Below, one piece after another: positions 36,407 to 45,794 of a stretch of 45,794 nucleotides of DNA. Below the pieces are notes generated by a model. The model searched no databases, was not told the DNA's origin, and saw nothing but the letters and a program-made list of their open reading frames with translations. Source of the DNA: Rhizaria sp. SCN 62-66 (taxonomy: Eukaryota); NCBI GenBank assembly GCA_001724265.1, contig MEDY01000049.1, positions 62,001-107,794 on the forward strand. The letters run 5' to 3'. Positions within the stretch are counted from its first letter, which is position 1. Each line of letters opens with the position of its first letter. The position numbers and the translations under genes were made by a program.

Positions 36407-39103
36407 TTAAGTTTGTACTTTCCAAGAGGTGGTGCTGAGCAACTCTTGCATTACATTGTCAAACAACGTCAATTTTTTTGTCTCGTTGTTATGCAGCTTC
36501 GGCCAGTTTGCTCTTAGTGAAGAATCGGCCTCCTCGAGCTTGACCTGGTTTATGGCCGCCTTTGTCGCCTTGACGTCGGCCGCGGGGACAACGCGGGCGG
36601 ACACGGGACTGGCCTTGCCAGCGGCCGCGGGCTTGATGCTGTGGATGGCAGAGATGAGCGCGGCGGGCAAAACTTTAGGCTTGCCAGCAGCGGCACCAGT
36701 GGCGGCGGCTTGCTCCGCCTTCTTCGCGGCTTCTTTAAAGGCAGCAAGCTCGGTCTTGAGAGACTCCTCGGTTTTCAGGGAGTGGGACGCGGTGGCCGCA
36801 GCAGCAGCATTAGCGACGTTGTCGGGCGTATGTTTCACAGCATGCTCGACGGGCTCAGCGGCAGCAAGGACAGACATATCGAACGAGGCGATCGCAGATA
36901 AAAGATCAGCAGGCTGACTGGCGAGGGTGGCCACTCTAAGCGCCATAGCATCGGTGTACAACTGCTGAGCACGCGCTTGCTGCATAACGTCGGGGAACGA
37001 CACTACACATTGCACACGAATTCGTGACTTCACCTAACTAATATTGTTGGCAATCTGTTTTGAATCATGTGCAAACAGTACCTAACTGACATTATCAGAA
37101 AGAACGAGTGAAACAACAGCAATGCGTGACTTCTCCTTTCCAACGCTGGCAGCAATCATCACGTCTGACCGATTATTTTCTTTGCTCTCCTCGTAAAGCC
37201 ACACCTCGCATGAAGCAGTCGTCTTACAAGATTTGTTACTGCTTGTATCGAGCGCAGAGATAACGGTAACTTCTGCGGTTACGCGGCCAAAAGTATTTGC
37301 AACAGTTGCAAACGGTGTTGCCACATGTTTTGCAGTCTTCATGAGATCCATTTTAAATGTGGAATGCGATTCGACTGGAGGACGGCAAGTTTTGCTATCA
37401 TTGTCGCTACGGCCACTGCCAATTTGATCCTGATCTTTCATAACAAAATCGTCACCGGCAACATCATCGCAGAAATGATCTTCTGTAAACACAAGATCAT
37501 CAACAGCACGTGCACGTGAGCCACATGCCTCATACAACGCAGCAAGCATTTTGCACGACGGCTCCGCCGTAACTTCGCACACGATCCCACATAAGCACAG
37601 GTTCTGCCTGTCGACACCTTCAATTCCGTTACCGTTTTTTGCAACACGGACAATATTTGCTTTCGCGCAACTGCAACCGCGGCCCAGGCGAAAACGGAAA
37701 CGCACACCGCAAAGCTCAGCTGTGCCAAGCTCCACCGGCTTGGCACCGAGCGCAAGCTCTGAGATTGGAATATCTGCTTCACAAACGGCTTTGCGCGGGG
37801 TTAAACCCGTAGCAGCGTCAGCCAGTGCGGCCTCAAATGCCTCGCGCGCGGCTGCGTGCTTTGTACTCCCAACCTCAAGTGGTGGGTCAACGCGTGCAGG
37901 CCAACCTGTGCTTGCAGTGACGAGCGCAGCCATCTCCGTGATATCGGGTGCGACGACCGACTTTGTGAAGCTCTCCAGGTTGTCGCGAGCCACGACAAGC
38001 TTTTTATCTTCAGCGATAATCGATTGTGCGGTATAGAGTTTGAGCTGGGACAACACTGCCGCAAGGGGCGCGGCAGCCTGAACAGCAAGCATCTTGCTTT
38101 GATCGAGCAACGCTGTGTGCTTACTGTTGACCATATCCCTGAACTCCGCCATTGCAGCTGCTTGTTCCTGAGGTGAGAATCGAAGAAGAAACAACACATT
38201 TTACGTTACGTACATGAAAAAAAATTAGAAATGTGAGCGGGTATTATTACGGAGATTGCAATTTCCGATTGCAATTCCTCACTTTGTGACACAAGCAAAA
38301 GCTTCCAGCTCTCTGTTACGAACCTAAACTTTGCACTCAAAGCTGCCAAGCTGTAATGGCAGTTGCTCCGCGCAAATTTTAAGCTGTGTACGCACATCGC
38401 TAATCATGCGGATATTGTGACCCACATGAGTGCGGCTCCTCACATCGCACTGGAGGCACACCGTGGAGTTGCAATTGTCGCACCAGTTGATGATCTCGAT
38501 GGGCTGCCCGTGCAAGTGGCAGTACTAAAGCAGTAGCAACAGCAATAATAAGAAATACAAACAATGTTAGGCTGTTGCACCATGTTTTTGATATTAAATC
38601 ATGCGAAATCGACGACGCATAGTTGAGTGTAACGAATGAGTGAATCTGATGGAGTTGTACAGGAGCGATAATAAAAGTGAGAGCCGAATCGAAATGTGGT
38701 GGAGTGACCAAGCGTACGTTTGGGGCATCAGCAGGAATGCTTGATTGTTTGTTGTCTGCAGCAACGTTGTCGTTAGAGGACTTGTGGCCGCGAATCCCCG
38801 TGTTAGTCGGGACTCCAGGGAGGTCATGCTTTGCAATCTCAGCCTAATGAAAAGAGTTAGAAAGTGAACAAAAATATTGATAGCCATAGTTGCGTTCAAC
38901 TAAATCTGCAGAATCATAATGGCTGACTTCGCCTCATGTATCGCTTACGACAGACTTTACGATAGCAAATAGAGAACACAAGAAATACAAGGACTTGGAA
39001 TCTGTAGACTTACCTGTATGCAGTTCTTACAAAGGCGAGATGGTCGGCCTCCGGGTGGAAGACTCAGAGTTCGGCCACATATAAGGCAGCTAGAAACACT
39101 CAT
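36407..39103 (-). CDS. CxxC-CxxC / B-box zinc-finger protein, paralog B (about 725 aa), three in-frame TAG codons
   Basis: Exons 39103-39014 (MSVSSCLICG...LCKNCIQ), 38843-38718, 38524-38324 (B-box YCHLH...WCDNCNSTVCLQCDVRSRTHVGH), 38167-36407. Same exon layout as paralog A. TAG at 38326-38324, 37084-37082 and 37036-37034. Ends in TAA. Confidence 0.75.
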
Positions 39104-39920
39104 GGAAGTGAAAACTCAGAAAACGCCGGGAAAGTGCTGTGGTGAACGATCCGACGATGTGCGAATTCTGTGAGTTTGGAGCAACGCACATAAAGATCAT
39201 GACGGTTTGAAAAGAATGTAGATAAACATATACAGCAGTGGATGACTATATGATATCAAGTTCAGTGATGATACGATAATTGTCGCGTCATTATGATATC
39301 GAAAACAGTCACCCTTCGTCCGTGATGGTCGTTTGGTCACCGGTCACAGTTGAGACCGAGAGACTGTGCCTTCAAGTGACGAGTGGACCTGATATGAGCA
39401 GCAAAAGAACGAGCTGGGTCTAAGGGTCAGGTGAGGTCGACTTGCGTTAACCGATCCTGCATCTTATTGTGCATTGTTTTTTTTTTGGTTTTTTTTTGGA
39501 TTTGTGTTCTAACTGTCACCTTCGTGACCAAATGGTGATTCGCTGTTTGTAATACACATCTCTTAGCGTACTCACATCTGGTTCACTCGAGATGCTCGCA
39601 TCATACAGTACATGAAGTAGCTAATCATATAGCAAATTTATTTGGTAGTGAAATGTAAACATTAATAATTATGCACACGTATCACCGCGTTATGGGGTTT
39701 CCGTGACAGCAGCCACGTAAAAATTGCTGTTACACTCGTCATGTTCGAGGGTTGACAGCGATGAAGTTATGACTGTGGTTCTTTGGTGTAACCTTTTATT
39801 TTCAACGCTACGCTCAACAACGCTTCAAGTTCGTAGCATAACACTAAGACTTAGAAGTGGCGATCCAAGATCGTCGAGTGCAATCTTGGCATTGTGTAGA
39901 GTTACTAAGACCTTAGATCC

Positions 39921-41085
39921 TTAGATCTTCTTGCTCTTGACCGAGGCGCCACCGGCAGCCGCAGCGGGGGAAGCAGAGGACGCGAAGGCGGCCGGCACGG
40001 GCTGCTTGGTAGCGTTGCTGTCAGAGCCGTTGGCCAGGGACGACAGAATGCGAGGAACCTCCTAAACAACAATGCCAGAAACATAAGAGTAGCAAAACAT
40101 ATGTAAGTTAGTCCTGTTAAAAGAAATAGAAGAAACATCCAAAAATAGGTCGGTTTTTACGATTTATACAGTCACCGAACGTTTTAACACAATAAAAGTT
40201 CGTCGACGACGCATGTTAACAATTAGAATGCGTAAGTACCTGGCTCCACATCTTGAAGTCACCCATGAGCGAGTACACGGGGTAGATGAACGTCGCAGGG
40301 CGGTTCTTCTGGTACACAAAGTGGCCAACCCACGCGAACGCGTAGCCGATCACCAGGGCCATCTGTGTGCCGTGTGAAGTAAGCGAAAGCAAATACAAAG
40401 AAAAACACAAGATATGAGTACAGGGAACAGATAACAAGTTAGTTCCACGAGTGAATACATCAGAAGAAGCGCGCAAAACAAAGCAGGAGGACGAATCAAG
40501 TTAACTTAAACAAGGAAATGCGCGATATTCGTCGTAAATACACGTTTGCGCGAGATATGCGTTGATTTGTCGACGTACGAGGCCAAGGCTGAACTGCTCG
40601 TTGAAGTGGGCAAAGGCGAGAAAGTACACGAGCATGGTGGCAAACTCAACAAAGCCGTGCGAAAGGCCCGCGAGGATGTTGCAGAGGATGTAGCCGATGG
40701 CGCCGCCACCAATGAGGCCAGCAGCAAGGATGGGGTTGCAGAGCATGATGACGATGATGATGGAGGTGCCCACCACGTGCAGGCGCCGGTTCGTGAAGTC
40801 CGAGTGCTCCGAGAGGTAAAACGGGAAGAAACCCTCGAAGCTATCATACGGCTGCAATAAAAACAAAGTACAATACCAAGGAAATTTGAATCAAGTTAGC
40901 TTTATCGACATTTCAGGGCTGGAACGACTAGGAGAGTAGATTGAGAGAGCACGACGTAGTGGAAGATTTGCGCGTGCTAGACGGACCTTCTTTTCGGAGC
41001 GGGGACCGGTGTAGGACTTGTTCAAAGGCTCAATGCGAGCAGCGGCCAGGCCCACAAGGGCAGCAGTGAAGAGATATGGGTACAT
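39921..41085 (-). CDS. DUF962 / Mpo1-like membrane protein, 211 aa
   Basis: Exons 41085-40987, 40851-40579, 40362-40240, 40061-39921. Motifs SFEGFFPFYLSEHS..NRRLHVVGT and GYAFAWVGHFVYQKNRPATFIYPVYSLMGDF. Signal-peptide-like N-terminus; C-terminal KSKKI. Ends in TAA. Confidence 0.88.
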
Positions 41086-41260
41086 TTCTCAAGTTCACGG
41101 AGACACCAGGGACTAAAAAGATCTAGAAACAATCACGCCGTTCCGCGGAGCTGGACGACGGCTTCGTCCAGATTTTTGCGAACCAGACTGACAAGAGTGT
41201 GTGGTCAACTTTTGTTCAATACACCCTGATGTGAACTCATCGTCAAAACGATAACAACTA
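41086..41260. promoter_or_regulatory. Probable bidirectional promoter between the DUF962 gene and CENP-X
   Basis: 175-bp gap between divergent ATGs; contains the inverted repeat CTGGACGA-cggct-TCGTCCAG (41151-41171). Confidence 0.45.
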
Positions 41261-41658
41261 ATGGAGGACGAGCAAGAACAGTTTGATTGCTATTCCTTTC
41301 GAGATGTACGTCTTAACCTAGCAATGCTACGCCACAATCGGACTTCCCATTTTGCCTTCCAAGACCTCACTTCGACTCTCATCGCATTATCTTGCCATTT
41401 GCTCTGAACTGGCCCACCTAAACTCAGGAAGTCATCCACCAAATTATATCATCGGCGCATGACGGTACTCCACCACCGTTCCGCCCCGACGCGGTGGCTG
41501 CACTGAGCGAGCTACTACGCGTCGCGACGCTCACTGCAGTTGCCCGCGCTCGTGCTCGTGCTGCTGCCGCTGGCAACACTGACGGCAACGACGATGTCAC
41601 GCTTGACGCTAAGGACATTGAGGCGGTCGCACTGCAGCTTATGTCTGATTTTACATGA
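41261..41658 (+). CDS. CENPX: CENP-X / MHF2 (STRA13) histone-fold protein, 91 aa
   Basis: Not in the ORF track. Exons 41261-41305 and 41428-41658 (GTACGT...CAG) give MEDEQEQFDCYSFRDEVIHQII...PDAVAALSELLRVATLTAVARA...LDAKDIEAVALQLMSDFT. This matches the CENP-X pattern FRxE.....DAL.L..ELL..F..EA..R and the C-terminal LEKVLPQLLLDF. Ends in TGA. Confidence 0.82.
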
Positions 41659-42052
41659 TCTATGCGCGCCCCGCGCTGAATGCGATGTTTCACTCATCCT
41701 AGCCACGATACGTGAGCTCTACTCCTTTGTACCTGCAACATTAGTTATACGAGTCCGACAGTGCGATGTCACAACGTTTATATAGTATTTTGTCAGTATT
41801 ACCTAGAATACAGATTGATATATTAAGCTATTAATGGTGTATTAACACATAATATGTGACGATTAGACACAGGGCATCCCTGCTCGAAATTTGGTACTGT
41901 CATGAACCCAAAGGAAAACATAGAAAGGAAATACATAACATAGAACCGAATAGATTGAAGATAAAAATAAGTAATTCACAAAAAAAGATCCATTAGTAGT
42001 CATACGAAGATCTTCACTGCAATCGAAACAAACGCTTTTCTTTAAGGCCTGC

Positions 42053-45000
42053 TTACGCAGTGTTGGCGGGCGCGACAACGGTGGCCACGGCCGCAGTGAC
42101 AATGCGCCCGTCGGCCGTGCCGACCACGAGCGCGCGGCCGCACTGCGACAGCGTCAGCGCTGTGATCGCCGCGGTCCGCGCTGCCACCGCGGGCGCCGCG
42201 AGCGCTGCGACCATCCCGTCGACGCCGTTGCTGTTGCTGTTGCCGACGGACCCTGGCAGATTACTGGCGGCGGTGTTGCCGGCCGCAGCGGCGCTGGCCG
42301 TGGCGGCGGCGTTGGCGGCCTCGGCGTCGGCGCAGAGCGCGAGCACGGGGAACCGCAGCCTGGCGACGGGCTCGGCGCAGAGCGCGGCGGCGAGCTGCAT
42401 CGCGCGCGCGCGGGATCGGCTGCCGCCGCCGACCGTGGCTGCGGCAGCGTCCTCGGCAGACTCGCGGTGCACCGGCGCCAGCGTCTCGTAGCCGTTGCCG
42501 CCCACGCTCACGACCGGGGCCGCGGCGGCCGCGCCGTGGCCGCTCTTGCTGCCGCTGCCGTTGGTGTTCGCAACTGCGGCCGTTGCAGTCGCAGAAACGG
42601 CGGCGGAGGCAGCGGGCGCGGTGCAGCCGGCGTAAGCGAGGTCGGCGGTGGCGAGGTCGAGCGCGGTGACGGTGCCGTCCGCGAAGCCGACCGCGAGCAG
42701 CGAGCCCGAGGGGCCAAGCGTCGCCGCGGTGGCCACGACGGCGGACAGCGACGCCAGCGGGCTGCGCACAGGGCCAGTGGCAGCGACGCCGTCCACTGCG
42801 GGGAGCGTTGACGACGACAGAGAGCGCGAGGTCGAGTTGAAGCTCTCGCGCGAGCTGTCACCGCCACCGGCGCTGCTCGCGGTCACGGCAGAGCTGGTAG
42901 CGTTGGCGTGCGGAGTGGGCAGAGGGTCGGTGCCGAGCCAGCGCGAGGCGATGAGCTCACTGGTCGCCGCGCAGTTGCATTGCACGAACGCCGACGCCAG
43001 CGCGACAGTGAACGACAACACGTTGCCGTTCGCAGTCGCACCCGCATTTGCGCCCGCACTCGCACCAGCAGGAGCGGCGCTGCCCGCGCGCGGCTTGGGC
43101 TGTTGCTGCGCGGCGCTGATGGCGGCGTCGGTGTAAGCCTCTGCGAGCGCGGCTCTGATGCGCGCGCCTTGCTCGCCTGCGGGCAGCGTGACGGTCACTG
43201 TAGAGACTGTGAGCAGCGTGCTCACGGTCACCACGCGGCCCGCGCCCAGTGGCGACACGCCCACCCACAGCGGGAACAGCTGCGCGCGCGTCGCGACCGC
43301 GGCCGAGACGGCGACAGTAAGCAGCCCCGCCGCGGGCGCCAGCGTCGCGCGCGCGGCGGCCAGCACGGCGGTGTCCACGGCTGCGGTGGCGGCGCGCCAG
43401 GCGGGGCGCACGGGCCGCAGCAACGCGCCGGTGCGCAAGCAGTGCAGCGTGACAAACGCCGTGCCCGCGCGCGCGCCCGATCCGCCCGAGACGGCGGCGG
43501 AGTCGGCGCCAAGCTGGCCGGCGCGGGCGCGGGAGCTGGGGCGGCCGTGGGCGGAGGCGCGCGCGGCCGGGGTCGGCACGGCGGCCGCGGCGGCGACGGC
43601 GGCGACGCCCAGGTCCGGGTGCGAGGCCACGGCGCGGACGGCGACGCCCGCGGGGAACGACGGCGCCGCGGGGGCGACAGACGCGGCCCAGGCCAGCTCG
43701 GAGCCCGCGGCGGCGACGAGCGCGGGGGCCGGGAGGCCGAAGTAGGAGCCCGTGGACCGCGGGAACACGCCCGCTGCGACGCGCTTGCTGTTGCCGCCGC
43801 CGCCGCCAACACTGCCGCCGTGCGTGCGAAGCGCGGACCGCGAGCGGCCCTGAGAGCGCGCATTGGCGTCACTCGCATCGCCGTCGCTGACGTCACCGAT
43901 AGCATTGCTAGCGGAGTGCGTATTCGTAACCGGGAAGGCGGAGAGTCGGCGCGCGTGCTGATGGGTGCCGGCGCGGCGCAGGCTGTGGCGGGCGCGGTCG
44001 ACCACCGCGCCCGTCGCCGCGCGGCTGCAGTCGCCGCCGCGGACCGTGCCGGGGTCGGGGTAGCAGAACACGCCGGGCGCGGTGCCGACCACGGCCGCGG
44101 ACCCCGCGACTGCGCCAGAGAGACGGATAGCGAGCACGCCGCCCGCGCCCGCCGCGCCCGCGCCGCCGCCCGCGCCCGCGGAGCCGCTGGCGCCGGACAG
44201 CGCGGCCGCCTCTAGCCACAACGCTGCGGCGAAGGCGGCGCGCGACACAGGCTGTGCGAGCGCGACGACACCGCCCGCGCCGACGCCTGCGCCGGCGCCA
44301 GTGTTGACGCCCGCAGCAGTAAGCGCGGCCGCTGCGGCGAGCGCGCGCGCGCGGTCCTTGGCACGGTCGCCCGCGGCGCCGCCGAGGCCGAGCGTGGTCG
44401 CGGCGGGGCGCATCGACAGCGACGACGGCGGGTCCGGCAGGCGGTACAGCGGCAGTGCGAGGCCAGACGCCGCGGCGACGACGGCCACGGGCGACGCCGA
44501 CGTGGCCGCGGTGGCGGCTGCGCAGGCGACCGAAGACGCGGCCGGCACGGCGGACGTTGCGGCCGCGGTGGCGAGCGCAGCAGCGGCCTCGGCGACGACG
44601 TGGCCCGCGAACCGTGCCGGCGCGGTGTAGGGTGACGCGCGCCACGCCAGCGCGCTGCCGGCCGTCGCGGGCGCCGCGGTCATTGCGACGCAAGCGGACG
44701 CGGCGGCCGCGGGGGCGGCGGCGGCGGCGGCGAGCGCGGCGAGCGGCATCGGGACGGGCAGCGAGCGGCGCGCGATGCGCATGGCGAGTGGCAGCGGCAG
44801 CGGCTGCGACAGCGCCGACGCCGAGGCCAGCGAAGCCGCGAAGGAGCGCGTGCCCGGCGAGAGCACGAGCGCGGGCCGGCGGATGATCGACGAGCGCGCG
44901 CGCAGTCCGGAAACCGAGGGCGAGGGCATCGCGGCCGGGTTACGCGTGTACACAGAGTACGTGGGCGGTGAGATGAGCCCGAAGCTCTGCTGGCTGCCGT

Positions 45001-45794
45001 TACTCGCGTACGCGTTGCGCGGAGGACCGATGGGTGAGTTGAGGTCAATGATGGCGTTACCGTCTTCCTCTTCGTCGCTGTCGTAGTCGTCGTCGCTGTT
45101 GTTGTCGCCCTCGCTGTTGTCGCCCGCGTGCGCCGCGTCGTCCTCGGCAAGGTCGACCCACGGCGCCGCCATGCCGTTGGGCGCCACCACGGCCGCCGCG
45201 GCGGCGTGCGCGGCGGCGGCGGCGGCGGGCAGCGACAGACGACCGGGAGCGCCGCCGACCACGGTGGCGATCTGGTAGGCGACCGTAACACCGTCGGCGT
45301 AACCCACGAAGCAGACGGAGCCGTCGGGGGTCACGCACACGGCGGTCGCAGGAGCGCGGCGGGCGCCGAAGCGGCACACGATCGGACCCTAGAGAGTAAG
45401 AGGAAAAACAAAGCACGTTAGAAAAGTGATTAATGAATGTTGAGATATTATTGATAATTTCAGCGATATCTAGTTGTTTTATGACACGGAATCGTACCTG
45501 AGAGGGAGACGCGAAAGCGACGGTGGAGCCAAAGGGCGCGCCGGCCGCGGCGGATGCGGCGGCGCTGGCGGCCGAGATGGCCGACGACGACCCCGCGCCC
45601 ACCGCAGCGGCCGCCGCGAGCGTCGTGTTGGCCGCCGTGCCGGGCTGCGCGGGCGGCGGCGGCGCGGTGGCGCCCGCGGCGACGGCGGCGGCGAGCGCGC
45701 TGCCGCCGCGGACCTGGCCAACCGCAGGCACGGCGGCCGCGGTGGCGGCGGACGCGGCGGCCGTGGACGGCAGCGAGTGCGCGACCCATGGCGG
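42053..45794 (-). CDS. WD40-repeat C-terminus, probably of a BEACH-domain (neurobeachin/LRBA-type) protein (5' partial)
   Basis: Frame is open from the window end to 45498; intron 45497-45389 (GTACGA...TAG); exon 45388-42053. WD-like strands AVCVTPDGSVCFVGYADG, AVASHPDLGV...VTLHCLRTGALLR (typical of BEACH-protein WD40), LGPSGSLLAVGFADGTV, ITALTLSQCGRALVVGTADGRI. Ends in TAA. The BEACH domain itself is not in the window. Confidence 0.6.

Noticed and set aside
41151-41177. Rho-independent terminator
   Set aside because: The hairpin plus T-run resembles one, but the DNA is eukaryotic and the site lies between divergent start codons.
1-45794. tRNA (including a CUA-anticodon tRNA), rRNA, CRISPR arrays, transposons
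   Set aside because: No cloverleaf with a T-loop, no spaced direct repeats, and no transposase/RT motifs or terminal repeats seen by eye. A covariance search was not possible.

Overview
Gene-dense nuclear DNA from an unidentified microbial eukaryote. Exons are GC-rich and Ala/Gln/Ser low-complexity; introns are AT-rich GT-AG, 103-260 nt, mostly with GTACGT-like donors. I reconstructed 15 protein-coding genes by hand: coiled-coil/PDZ (partial), ankyrin, a low-complexity polyQ protein, two paralogous CxxC/B-box proteins, a bacterial-type alpha2 glycyl-tRNA synthetase with a mitochondrial-like presequence, an FG nucleoporin, an Ada3-like protein, a PITH protein, MECR, RFC2, XPA, a DUF962/Mpo1-like protein, CENP-X/MHF2 (missed by the ORF track) and a BEACH-type WD40 C-terminus (partial). 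The main finding is a probable non-standard nuclear genetic code. Nine in-frame TAG codons interrupt four otherwise intact genes, and no internal TAA or TGA occurs. With TAG read as sense, all 15 genes end in TAA (9) or TGA (6). One TAG is the last codon of a 201-nt exon whose length and phase are exactly conserved in a paralog within the window. UAG therefore appears to be a sense codon (most likely Gln; Leu not excluded) while UAA remains stop, a rare uncoupling of the two codons. Family calls come from motif recognition only; no searches were run.
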